Source of the DNA: Isurus oxyrinchus
Lineage: Eukaryota
Reading direction: 5' to 3'
DNA length: 64,000 nt
Assembly (NCBI GenBank): GCA_026770705.1
Contig: JANJGN010000016.1
Location: 10,788,001 to 10,852,000, forward strand
Shown here: in pieces, positions 46,830-59,875 of the stretch
How positions within the stretch are numbered: position 1 is the stretch's first letter
Layout: the number at the start of each line of letters is the position of its first letter
Notes under the pieces: model-generated
Seen by the model: only the letters and a program-made list of their open reading frames with translations
Told to the model about the DNA's origin: nothing
The model's database searches: none
Program-made: the position numbers and the translations under genes

Positions 46830-49800
46830 AAACAAAGGTACCTTACAGACAGCGTCCCAGACACCACCATCACCATCCCTGGGTATGTCCTGTCCAACAG
46901 GCAGGACAGACCCAGCAGATGTGACGGCACAGTGGTATACAGTCAGGACGGAGTTGCCCTGGGAGTCCTCCACATCGACTCTGGACCCTATGAATTCTCA
47001 TGGCATCAGTTCAAACATGGGCAAGGAAAGCTCCTGCTGATTACCACGTACCACCCTCCCTCAGCTGATGAATCAGTGCTCCTCCATGTTGAACACCATT
47101 TGGAGGAAGCACTGAGGGTGGCAAGGGCGCGGAATGTACTCTGGGTGGGGGACTTCAATGTCCATTATCAAAAGTGGCTCGGTAGCACCACCACAGACCG
47201 AGCTGCCCAAGTCCTAAAGGGCATAGGTGCTAGACTGGGTCTGCAGCAAGTGCTGAGGGTATCAACAAGAACACAAGGGAACGTCTGTGAGAGGACAGGA
47301 GAGATTAAATGATAAAATGGTTCATGATGCAAAAGTCAAATGGAGTGGTAGTGCATACTTTTATTGTCTCCACCAAATCAAAGACTTATGGGGAGGTGGT
47401 GGCATAGTGGTATTGTCACTGGACTAGTACTCCAGGGACCCTGGGTAATTCTCTGGGGAACCTGGGTTCAAATCCCACCATGGCAGATGATAAAATTTGA
47501 AATCAATTAAAAGTCTAATGATGGCCATGAAACTGTTGCCAATTGTCATAAAGTCTCACTTGTTTCACTAATACCCCTTAGGGAAGGAAATCTGCCGTCC
47601 TTACCCCACTTACCCTACATGTGACTTCAAGCCCACAGCAATATGGTTGACTCGTATCTGCCCTCTAAAATGGCCTAGCAAGCCGCTCAGTTCTCAAGGG
47701 CAATTAGGGATAGACAATAAATGCTGGCCCAGCCAGTGACACTCACATCCCATGAACAAATGCCCACTCAACCTCATCCTCACCAACCTGCCTGCTGCAG
47801 ATACATCCGTCCATGATACTATTGGTAGGAATGATCACCGCACAGTCCTTTTGGAGACAAAGGCCTGATTTCACATTGAGCATACCTTTCATCATTTTGT
47901 GTGGCACTACAATCATGCTAAATGGGATAGATTTCGAATAGATCTAGCAACTCAAAACTAGGCATCCACGAGGTGCTTTGGGCCATCAGCAGCAGCTGAA
48001 TTGTACTCAACCACAACCTGCAACCTTGTGGCCCAGCATATCACCCACTACCATTGACAACAAGTCAAGAGATCAACTCTGGTTCAATGAAGGAGTGCAG
48101 GAGGGCATGCCAGGAGCAGCACCAGACATACCTAAAAATGAGGTGTCAACCTGGTGAAGCTGCAACACAGGACTACTTGCATGCCAAACAGCAGCAACAG
48201 CATACAATAGACCATAGATAAGCGATCCCAAAACCAATGGATCAGCTCTAAGCTCTGCAGTCCTGCCATATCCAGTCCTGAATGGTGGTGTACAATTAAA
48301 CAACTAATTAAAGGAGGAGGCTCCACAACTATCCTGATCCTTAATGATGGGAGAGCCTAGCACGTCAGTGCAAAAGACAAGGCTGAGGAATTTGCAACAA
48401 TCTGTAGCTATAAGTGCCAAGTGAATGATCCATCTCAGCCACCACCTGAGGTTCCCAGCATCACAATTGCCAGTTTTCAGCCAATTGGATTCACTCCACG
48501 TGATATCAAGAAACAGCTGAATGCATGGATACTATAAAGCCCCTGGCAACAGTCTGGCAATAGTACTGAAGGCTTGTGATCCAGAATTAGCCACACCCCC
48601 AGCCAAGCTGTTCAAGTACAGCTACAACACTGGCATCTACCAGGCAATGAGGAAAATTGCCCAGGTATGTCCTGTTCACAAAAAGCAGGAAAAATGCAAC
48701 CCAACCAAATACTGCTCCATCAGTCTGATCTCGATCACCAGCAAAATGATGGATAGTGTCATCAACAGTGCTGTCAAGCAGCACTTACTCAGCCATAACT
48801 TGCTCACCAATGCTCAGGTCATGTTCTACCAGGGCCATTCAGCTCCTGACCTCATTGCAGCCTTAGTCCAAACATGGACAAAAGAGCAGATCTCAAGAGG
48901 TGAGGTTAAATTGACTGCACTTGACCAAGTGTGGCATCAAGGAGCCCTAACAAAATTGAAGTCAATGGGAATTGGGGGGGGGGGAAATCTCTCCACTGGT
49001 TGGAGTCATACCTAGCACAAAGGAAGATGGTTGTGATTGTTGGAGGTTAATCATCTCAGCACAAGGACATCGCTGCAGGAGCTCCTCAGGGTAGCATCCT
49101 AGGCCCAACCATCTTTAGCTGCTTCATCAATGACCTTCCCTTCATCATAAGGTCAGAAGTGGGGATGTTCACTGATGATTGCACAATGTTCAGCACCATT
49201 CACGGCTCCTCAGACTGAAGCAGTCTGTGCCCACATGCAGCAAGACCTGGACAACATTCAGGCTTTGGTTGATAATTGGTGAGTAACATTCGTGGCGCAC
49301 AAGTGCCAGGTGATAACCATCTCCAACAAGAGGGAATTGAATCATCTCCTCTTGACGTTCAATGGCATTACCATCACTGAATCCCCCACTATCAACATCC
49401 TGGGGTTACCATTGAGCAGAAACTGAAATGGATCTGCCACATAAATACTGTGGCTACAAGAGCACATCAGACCCAAACGCCTGTCCACTATTTACAAGGC
49501 ACAAGTCAGGAGTGTGATGGAATACTCTCTACTTGCCTGGATGAGTGCAGCTCCAACAACATTCAAGAAGCTCGGCACCATCCAGGATAAATTGATTGGC
49601 ACCCTATCCACTATCTTCAACATTCACTTCCTCTACCACCGACGCACATTAACAGCAGTGTCTACAAGATGCACTGCAGCAACTCACCAAGGCTCCTTAG
49701 ACAGCACCTGCCAAACTTGCAGCCTTTACCATCTAGAAGGACAATGGCAGCAGATGCGTGGGAAGACCACCAACTGCACGTTCCCCACAAAGTCACTCAC

Positions 49801-50015
49801 CATCCTGTCTTGGAAATATATCACCGTTCCTTCACTGTCACTGGGTCAAATTCCTGGAACTCCCTCCCTAACAGCACTGTGGGTGTACCTATACCACATG
49901 GACTGCAGAAGGTTCAAGAAAGTGGCTCACCACCACCTTCTCAGGGCAAATGGGGATGGGCAATAAATGCTGGCCTTGTCCAGGCCACCCACATCCCATG
50001 AATAAATAAAATAAA
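46830..50015 (+). mobile_element. Near-complete decayed ORF2 (APE endonuclease plus RT) of the CR1/L2-group LINE
   Basis: LLITTYHPPS...LWVGDFNVH (APE); KIAQVCPVHKKQ, cctcagggtagcatcctaggccc (PQGS.LGP), FTDD, MEYSLLAW; tail with (aata)n. Confidence 0.93.
47388..47760 (+). mobile_element. Full tRNA-SINE nested in its partner LINE
   Basis: A box tggcatagtgg, B box ggttcaaatcc; 3' tail ctcaagggcaattagggatagacaataaatgctggccc shared with the LINE. Confidence 0.9.
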
Positions 50016-51312
50016 TTTGGTCATACAATCCCTGGTCTCTGCTCCACCATTGTATAAGAATTTGGCTGATCTCTTGCCTTAACTTCACCTTCTTGCCTTA
50101 TCCCCATTATCCTTGCGGAATTTTGTTGCGTTGTTATATTATTCGTAAAGGCTAGGAACTAGTTGTTTTGTGAATATATATCTCGGGTGCCACATCCACA
50201 TCAGTCATGTGGCGTGGAACAATGAATCGATCTGTCAGTCCACCAGCCACAGGGAGAGCAGAAAGCAACATGCTCAACGAAGCTTCAGCATTTTGAGTCT
50301 TAAACTGCAATTATTGGGAACCAGAAGACATAACATTCAGTTCCAGAAAACTATCAATCTCAGTCTTGGAGCTTCATCAAGCACCATACAAGTGAGATAC
50401 TTGTGGGAAGTTGGATCATTAAATGGTGAGAAGTACTAACTCAAATTTCTGAGATTGGCTGTTGAGGGTAAAGGGTTCCAGCCATTCATTGAAAAATATC
50501 TCCTGTATGTTTTCTTCCAATGTTTCCCCCTCTCCACCCTCTCTTGATGGTGCTGGCTACTTTGGAGGATGAATGGAACTAAGCTACAGATAAGCCATGA
50601 TCTAATTGAATGGCGTAGCTAGCTCAAGGGAATGAATGGCTTCCCCTTGGTCCTATGTTCCATTCTTGAGATACAGTTCCATGAGCTCATTTCGCCCTAT
50701 GATAGCTCATCCAAGTAGCCACTATCTCCACATGAACCTTGAAAATGAGCTAACCATGGACCAGGACGGGTAACAGAAGTCACTTGCTGGTGATTGGCTG
50801 CAGCAACCCAGACTGGTTCTACCCTGATCCCTATAAATGCGGAGAAAACATGATGAACTACTGCTAATGCTGCTGCCCTTCATAAATTCAGGTAAGCCCA
50901 TCAGAGACCAGGAATTAAGCCTGGGACTTTCCTGGCTGTTTTGACTCATTTACTTGGCAGATAAACCTTCTGGGAGTTTATGTGCATCCTGTGGGTTTTT
51001 TTTTGGAAATAACATATAGGCAACAAGCCCTTACACGTCTCTGACAGATGCAGCTACTGATTGTTACCATATCTCCGCCCTTTAAGTACTTCAGTTCTTA
51101 ATTCACACACTTCAAGATTGACTGACACTTTCATCCTGCCTTCCCACTAAGTGATGGATACACCAACTGATTAAACAGGTTTCAAAATGTGGTCAGTGTG
51201 GAGCACGTCAAAGCTCATATCATGAGCACATTCAAGGTCATTCCTGAAAGGAAGTCCCTGTTAAGAAACAGGTTTTGCGAATTTGAATTGCATAGTCTCT
51301 ACCTATTGAACA

Positions 51313-51520
51313 GGGAGGCCTTGTGGTGCAGTGAGTAGCATCTCTATCTCTGAGCCAGAAACTCTAAGTTCAAGTCCCACTCCAAAATGACCAAGGAAGG
51401 TGTGTTCATAACGTGATCAAACTGGTTGAGTATCAACCTGTAAATCCTTCTGTGTCAATGGCAGGCGGTAAGGGTGGGAGAGATTCCTGGTCAACTGTAT
51501 GCTAGGAAGAAGGTTGGAGC
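51313..51520 (+). mobile_element. tRNA-SINE, same family as 21508-21820
   Basis: gtggtgcagtgagtagc...ctctgagccagaa...gttcaagtccc...gaaggtgtgttcataac. Confidence 0.7.
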
Positions 51521-53772
51521 TGCTGCATGTAAAAGTGCATGTTGCCACAGCAATTTGGATTCCCTGAAACACATGAGTTACTTAACAGTCCCTTTTTGCG
51601 CTTAACTGAGTCAAAAATTAAATGGCAGAGCTGCTTGGGAAAGTTTCATTTTGGCCAAAACCATTAAGAGAACATTTGCTGTTGTTAGTGTAACATGTAA
51701 ATAATTTTGTTAGGATGTGGAACTCAAAAGAGCCATTAAACCAAAGCAGTTTACAGCACAGAAGGGTTCATATTTGTGCAGGCTTTTTCCTGCAGCAATC
51801 CAAAGTGAATCCTGCTGTCCCATATATCCTTCCCGTATTCCTGTATCTGCTTTGCTTCAAATATTTATCCAAGTTTCCCTGAAAAGATTCAACAGTCTCT
51901 GTCTAAACTATACCTGTGGCAAAGCATTCCTTGCTACAATAATCTACTGCTCAGTCATTATCATATCACATATGTGCTCTACTTGAAGGTAGGTCCTTGG
52001 CTCATTGTCTGCTGATGCTTCACCCTGAGCTGTTTTTTTTGGCAGCTTTTGTCAGTGATGGTTTGCCATTGCCTTCTGCTCTCAGGGGCAGGGCAAGGAG
52101 GCAGGTCCCAAGTCTACCACAACTGGAACAGGAATTGAACCCAGGCTGTTGATGTTGTTCAGAACCACACACTAGACATCTAGCCAACTGAACTAATTGG
52201 CACCCTACTGCTCAGACAGCCAGCAGGTAAATGTGTAGAAATAGGCCCTATGCTCCACACAAACCCTCTCAAACTCTGTTTACACCATCTCAGCCTATCA
52301 ACACTTCCTTCTCTTCCTTTCTCCCTCTTATACCTGCCTAGCTTCCTCTTAAATGCATCACTATTTGCCTCATCACTCCTTGTGGCAGTGAGTTCCACAT
52401 TCTCACCACTCACTGAGTGAAGGAGTTTCTGCTGAATTCTTTGCTGGATTGATTAGTGACTATCCTATATTAATTACTCCTAAGAGCACATGGAAAGAGA
52501 AGCCATTGGAGGAATGGGATGGATGGGAAGGGAAAGGAGGTGAAGACTTCATTGCACGAGGCAAAAATGAGAGACCTGGATGATGTGGGCAACTGTCACA
52601 AAAAGGTGGAGGAGAAGAGGAGGGATAATACACTGTGGTCACGGTCACATAGAATGTCACTCTGCACCTGCCCTCCCACCCAACATCACTTAAAAACCTT
52701 ATTCAAATTAGTTTTAGATATTTAGCTTCATTGTCTCAACAGGTCGAGTGGTCTGCCCCACCACCAGCACTTGATCAGAAAGGTTGCTGCCGGTACCCAG
52801 CTTGGCAAATGTTGGGTGCCTTGCTCACGAATGGAAATTATTATTAGAACAATAAATATGGCAATGCAAAAGTTACACACCTAGACTCACACGTGAAGAA
52901 CCAGCACTTGGGGCAATGTCGGGCCCTGGGGAAACTTGGCTCCAGTGCCTTCAGGAATATGGCTGGGTGAGCAGACTGGCACACAGATTTCAGAGACGTC
53001 TTGAAGAAATTCCCAGAGCATTATCTGGTATTTTATCACCAATAAACGTCCATTGATAATAGTGGACAACAGTAATCAGTGACACAGAAACATCAGGGAA
53101 AGCGCAGTATAAAAGCTTCACTCCAAATTAAAGTGAGTGTTAATAGGACATGACAATGCCTATTATGACAACAGCCATAATATCGTGAAGCGTAGCAAAT
53201 TCTGTTTCACACCAATCAGTCCCCACGGGACAAGCAGCTCAGGACCAAAGTCCAACCTCTGACCTCCCCACACTCATTCTTCTATACACCAATGACTGGT
53301 AAGGCCACTGAGTGTGAATCACAAATTAATGCCAAGCTGCTACACTTCATTCATACAAATCCTTCTTTCACCATAAAATGCAGAGCAGCCTATTGATTTG
53401 CACATCTATGGAGGTTACTTGGCTAATCTCATCAGCTGCTGCATGAGTCTATTTTAAATCCCCGTCTGCTGACAGACAGTGAGCTGAGATGTCAGCCCTA
53501 CCATCTTGGCTGACATCTTTCCCAACCTACTTCATCGCCCATTAGACCCTAGAAAGCCCTTTGTTCCGATACTTTCTCGGAGGGTCTTTGATCATTTCCC
53601 TCAGAGGATAAATTTATTTCCTGTAGATGAAAGAAAAATAAAACCTGGTTTCACTTCCATTGAAACCCACAGGCTTTAATAATAAAAACTCCAGGTTTCT
53701 TCCAGTTTTGGCAGCAGCCTACACTTTCCACTTTATTAAAATTACACCGTTCAAAAAGCAATGGTAACTCAC

Positions 53773-53802
53773 CGCAGAGACTTGTCACTCGGGTCTCCCC
53801 AG
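53773..53802 (-). other. Candidate 30-nt microexon of an unidentified host gene
   Basis: ccttttttgctttgtatcactgtttAG|CTGGGGAGACCCGAGTGACAAGTCTCTGCG|GTgagt; length divisible by 3; open in phases 1 and 2; lies in a repeat-free island. Confidence 0.4.
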
Positions 53803-54907
53803 CTAAACAGTGATACAAAGCAAAAAAGGTGGATGAATGGCCTGAGGGGTGGAGAGGTGGGGGGTCGGCTGTGTTCTGTACTCTATTTTAGCCTTGAGTG
53901 ATTGCTTCAGACGCCCATGGTGCAGCCACACTCTGCCTTCCATTAGCCAATGTCAGCTGTGAAAATCCATTCACAAACAATTATCCCTCCTTCTCACGCT
54001 GTTTTGGGAGCTGAGTGCTTCTAGCGACAGTTTAATCGAGCGCCCAGTTCTTGCAGGAGAATTGGGTTGTGGGGAGTGGTGGGGGGCGGGGGAAACGGGG
54101 GATTGTAGGAGAAGTGGCCCGGATTGGGGGGAAACTGAGCAGAGACCAAAGAGGCAAATGAATCAAAACCAAACCGCCAGCTTCGTTGAAGAGAAATTCA
54201 AAGTGGAGCAACAATGCCAAGTAATCAGGACCTCGTTAAGCATTTCATTTAGAACATAACATTAATCTGAGGCATGATAAATCTCATTCCAATCAATTTT
54301 ACTTGTTATCAAATTTCAAATGCAAATTGAAGCTGAACCAGTGCCAACAAACAACTCCAACACCTTATTGATCTTTACACTGTCTATCATTAACTCCTTG
54401 CCAAATATTTCCAAACCTGAATCCAACACAAGAGCAAATGCCTTGGGCTTGACTATTCCAATGCAATCCTGGCTGGCCTCCTACACTCTGTAAACTAGAG
54501 GTCATCTAAAACTCAGTTGGCTGTGTCTGAACGCTTACCAAGTCCCACTCACCTATCACTCCTGTATTTGCTGACCTGTTTTGGCTTCCGGTCAACCAAT
54601 GCCTCGATTTTAAAATTTGAGTCCGTGTTTTCAAGTTCCCCCATGGCCTCGTCTTTCCCTGTCAGCGTCATCTCCTCCAACCCTCCAAGATACTTGAGGT
54701 CATCTAATTCCGCCCTCTTGCACATCCCCGATTTTAATCACTCCACCATTGGTGCCTGGGCCCTAAGCTCGGAAATTTCCTCTCTAAACCTCTCTGCCCC
54801 TCTATGTTTCTTTCCTCCATTAAGACACTTTTAAGACAGTTCTTCATAAGACCATAAGACATAGGAGCAGAAATTAGGCCATTCGGCCCATCGAGTCTGC
54901 TCCATAC

Positions 54908-55022
54908 AGACTCGAAACGTTAACTCTATTTCTCTCTCCACAGGTGCTGCTAGACCTGTTGAGTTTTTCCAGCATTTTCTATTTTTATTTCAGATTTCCG
55001 ACATCAGTGATATTTTGCTTTT
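54908..55022 (+). mobile_element. Older Penelope 3' tail fragment
   Basis: gactcgaaacgttaactctatttctctctccacaggtgctgctagacctgttgagtttttccagc. Confidence 0.75.
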
Positions 55023-57184
55023 AATCTTACTGAGAACAGTGTGCGTGCCTACAGTTTAGGTATGGCACCTGGAGTGAGGAAACAGTGAGGCAACAGTGTG
55101 GCGGGCGATTCAGAGGCCACCTGCCAGCGGTATGGCGTGTTTCCTGTGCCTGCATAATTAATGAGGCGAGAAGCGGATGATACGGGGCAAAAATCCACCC
55201 TTGCGGCCACCTGCCACCACATTTAGTGCTATTCAGGGAAAATTCCACCTTTAGTCTGCATGAGGGAGCCTTATGAAAGGTAAATCAAAAGGTAATCCTC
55301 ATTCCCCCCCATGGTTTCCCCCCCACTTACCCTCTGTGTCCACTCATACCCATGCCAAGGGATGCCCCCTACCCACACCTCAGACCCCCATTCCAAGCTA
55401 TGGCAATTCCATGCCCATTCACCCACAATACACCATATGGAACGAATGGAACCAATAGTGACAATAGGATGAGTAAAACAAAAGGTTAAAAAAACAGTCA
55501 TTCATTGATAGCTTCTCATTTTCTTAAAAAAAACTCCTTTTTACTGCAGTCAACAGTGGGAGAATGACAAAAATGGATTGGAAGCTCATGGATTTGATAG
55601 CTCTGGGCATGACTATTCCAACACACTCCTGGCTGACCTGGCACACTCTATGCTCTGTAAACTTGAGGTCACCTAAAGCTCCTCTGGCTGTGTCCTAATG
55701 CTTACCAAATCCCAGCCAAGTGTGCATAATGAGGCTTGGCAGAGACCCCAGGCATCCATTAGACTGCTGAAATAGCTGAGCCCCAGGTAAAACATTTTTT
55801 GATTGACAGGTCTGGCGCTCTGACCTCTTCTGTCAATTGCACAATGTTATTTGCATAACATTGCATAAGATAAAGAAGTTATTTGCATAAGATAAAGAAG
55901 TTTCAAGCTCCTGCAGCTTCTGCTATTGATAATTTAAAGGCTCTGGGAGATTGACATTTTTATTGGGCTGTAGCAAAAATGAGCGTTTTTTTTAAAGGAA
56001 TTGGGAAGTTATCATTGAACGATTGTTGTTTTAAGCTTCTTTTACACACCTATTGTCACCATAGGGTTCATTTGTTCTAGTAGGTGATTAGGTATGGAAG
56101 TGCCTTAGCTTTGCATGTGTGGACAGCATGAGGGGTCATGAGGGGTTGGCATGAGATGGCATGGGGGGGGCATGGAGATTGTGTGGGGAGTGAGGGGGTG
56201 TGAGGAGTCAGGGCTAGAGGGCCTTTCTTTCCTTATTAGAATTGGGATGAAGTCCCACAGCACCAAGACGGGCCTTTTAAACAGCCTGCCCTGACTCTCA
56301 GCTGCCCCTGAACCCTTTCCCAGGTCAGCTGGCCCGACTGCAGCTCGCATGGCACCTCCACAGTTAAAATCCCATCTTTCCTGGCACTTTCTCCAGAGGC
56401 GGATGGGCCGAGCCTGGAATCTTCCCAACTCCACTCTCAGCCCGGGGGATGAAAATCCAGGCCAATGTCTCCTTACGTGGCCTGGTGTCTAATTTTGCTT
56501 GATAATACATCTCCGAAGCACCTTGGGGTATTTTATCTTAAAGGCGCCATATAAATATACATCGCTGTTGTTGCTGGCAGGCCCTTGGTGGCAATAATTC
56601 CTCAGGTGGGTAGAAGAGAATGGGCCATCAAGTCAGGCCTTTTAGGGGCAAGGCTGGGGGTGGGGGTGCGTGACAGGGCTGACACTGAAGCTGCGAGAGG
56701 TTCAGGGAATACAAGAACAGACTGAGAATGGGGCACCTGACAATGTCCTCCAAAAAAATTCCCATGCCATTTTTTTTCTAGTGGTGTTTAAGGGATGTTG
56801 GTAAGGTCGCTCAACACATGGCATACTTTTATGTGAAAATGGCATTTGGGGTCTTACAACTGCCATAGGACCCTGCTCTATATATATGAAATGCTCTCTG
56901 TCTGCGTCTGTTTTGGGCAGGAGCATTGGGACATTTAAACACCTGCCCGAAATTGAATAACTTTAGTTGATGCACGTGATCAGATGCATGATCTGAGGAT
57001 GGCATCCATTCTCCGTCCAATAGTGGGCATGATTGAGCTCCCAACCTGGCGGGCCGAGGTATCGCTACGGGGCTTCCATGTGTGACCTCGATGGACACCT
57101 CCAGTGAAGAGTATAGGCAGTAGCGTATTGCACAGTTCCGGTCTCCAAACTACAGAAAGTGCATAGAACATAGGAGGAAGTGTA

Positions 57185-57590
57185 AAAAGAGATTTACAAG
57201 GATGGCATCAGAACTGACAGGTTACAGCTGTCGAGAAAGATTGAACAAGTTGGGACTTGTTTCTTTAGAAGATTGAAGACTTAGAGGAGACCTCACAGTG
57301 GGTTTTAAAATTATACATAGATTGAACCGGTTGGAGGTTGAGAAAATACTTTCACTTGCTACTCAGAGTGTGGTTTGAATGTGGAACTCGCTACCACAGG
57401 AACTCGTTGAGGCAAATTGCATAGATGCCTTCAAAGGGAAGCCAGGCATATACGTAAAAGAAAAGGGAACACGCTGAAAAGCTAACATGAGGAAGATGGA
57501 ATGGGAAGAAATTTGCGTGGAGTGCAAGTACCAGCACAAACTAGCTGGGCCGAATCACCTGTTTCTGTGCTCAATGTTCTATATAATTGT
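57185..57590 (+). mobile_element. Old CR1 3' fragment
   Basis: agatttacaaggatg...gaatgtggaactcgctaccacag...gggccgaatcacctgtttctgtgct. Confidence 0.75.
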
Positions 57591-58629
57591 CTTTTGAAGG
57601 CACCATTCTTCAGCTGAGATATTACTCAAAGACCTTGTCCAGGTGAATGTTAAAAATCCCTCAGCACCACTCAAAAGGCAGTGAGCTCTTCCAGAGTCCT
57701 GACCAACATTCCCCACCCACCTTTACCTTACTGGCATCGCCAAAACAGATTAGCAGGTCATACCTCCATTGCAGTTTGTGGGATCTTGCCACACTTACCA
57801 GTGTACCAACAATCTTTCAAAGTAGTTCACTGAATACAATCAAATGTGCCTCTTCAGTGAGAATATAGTTTATAAACTTAAATTCATCTTCTCGTTGTCT
57901 GTGTCAAGCTAATCTTGCTGTCAGAAAGTAAACGGGGTGAAGATCCTGTATTCCAAATGATCTGTACACCTAATTAAAATCACTTAATGGCAAGTCACAA
58001 TACTCCTTTATTTCATCAATACACCACACATTGTCTAACAGATGGTGGCTTGGGGCAGTGTACGCACAAAGCCACTCATGTTTCTACAAGTCCCAAACCA
58101 GCATGGACACCAAGCACATTTGAAATTCAGCTCTCACCATCTGTTATTTTACAGAGTGTGTACATCACACAGCCTCCTGCCCCCACCACACCCCCACCCC
58201 TCATTCCACGCTTTGGTTATTACCAGCTGCCACAGAGGAGGGGGTTACTTTGAAGGAGAATTGATAGATTTCTGAATGGTCTGGTGGGTAAAGGCATAGA
58301 ATCAGCCATGAAGACTAGAAGGACTCAGGTTTGAACTAACTGAACTCAGCTGTGGCAGCAATTGAATGACTCCAGTCCCTCTACATTAGGAAGGAGGGTA
58401 AAGAAAATAGCCAGAGTTCTTGCTCCTCACTGATACCTGGAAAGAGTCCTTATGGAAACTGGGTTGAAAGCAGGATCGGGATCAGTTGGAATTCACACCT
58501 CAGTTGCACAGCCCGACATTGATTCCCTCAGCACTCAGTGATCCAACTGGGTGCTTTACCAAAGGGTGCTGGGTCTGTATTGGAACTGTACCCAGCAATG
58601 AAAGAGGATATGCTACGGTACCAAAATGT

Positions 58630-58930
58630 CTGTTACAGTTCCATGATTTCCATCACCTGGAAGGACAGGGGCAGCTGGTGCATGGGTGCACCGTCACCCC
58701 AAATTAACACACTATCCCGACTTGGAACCATAACACAGTTGCTGCATTGTTGCTGGATCAAAATCCTGAAATTCCCTTCCTAACCGCACTGTGAGGGTGC
58801 CTTCAGCACAAGGACTGCAATGGTTCAAGCAGAAGGTGGCTCACCACCACCAACTTTTCCAGGGCAACTACTCATGGGCGATGATTGCCAGCCTTTCCAA
58901 TAAGCCCACATCCCAGGAATGAACGAGAAA
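58630..58930 (+). mobile_element. CR1/L2-group LINE 3' end
   Basis: gaaggacaggggcagc...caaaatcctgaaattccctt...ggctcaccaccacc...cccacatcccaggaatga. Confidence 0.75.
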
Positions 58931-59499
58931 AGAACATCACAGTGAACCTTTGATGTCATGCAAAATAAAATTGGCAGAAAATAATTTCGCATCAGAGTGT
59001 GCAATTTACAAGGAGATGATTTTCATGGAATGGAGGGAATATACCAGTGTGAATACATTACAACAGTCCAAGTGTAATCGCAAATTATAGCACTAATTAA
59101 GTTGCCCTCGATACAGGAAATAAAATGGAAATGGAAGTTCACAATTTGCAGTCGGTCATTATATTTTACAGCTTTGTGAGGCAGAGAGGAACTGAAGTGG
59201 AACAAAAGGTTAAACAGTTTTGAAAACTGTTTAATGTGGCTGTAGAAAGTGTCAAATGAAGAGTTTTTTTTAAAGGCTATTCTTCATTGTTCTCGTTGCT
59301 GTGACCTTCTAGACTTGACAAAACCAAGGAATATAAATCCTCCTGCTCATGGGCAGGACTGAAAAGGACTAAAATGCCATAGTTCTTCCGCTCAATATTT
59401 TTTTCAAATCCCATAAAGCATTGTAATTCAAATTTTATTTCTAATCCTCTCCCCTTTTCTCTGCCAGCCCAAATTACTGGCGGGAGAATTTACACACAC

Positions 59500-59875
59500 A
59501 AAGTACATTTCACGTCTTCAGAATTCCCCAAAGCATTTTACAGCCAATTAAGTACTATTGAAGTGTAGTCACTGGCACAGTGTAGGAAACACAGCAGCCA
59601 ATTTTGTGCGCAGCAAGGTTCCATGAATAGCAATGTGATATCTAATCTGATATGGCAATGTTTGTTAAAGGATAAATATTGGCCACAATATCCAAAATAA
59701 CTCACCTGCTCTGTCACAAAAATAGTGCCATGGGGTCTTCTACATCCACCGAGTTCAGCATCTTGCCTCTGACAGTGCAGCATTCCCTCAGCGCTGCTTT
59801 GAGGTATCGGCCCAGCTCGAAGTCTGAACCCACAGCTTTCTGACTCAGAAATGAGAGGGCTACCAGGTGAGTCAT
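59500..59875 (-). mobile_element. Deu-SINE
   Basis: ttacagccaattaagtactattgaagtgtagtcac...ctctgacagtgcagcattccctcagcgctgc. Confidence 0.8.

Noticed and set aside
47388-47490. tRNA gene (A and B boxes)
   Set aside because: No cloverleaf; it continues into a SINE body and recurs in several copies.
55846-55902. Repeated octamer ATTTGCAT as an enhancer
   Set aside because: Explained by a local 22-bp slippage duplication.
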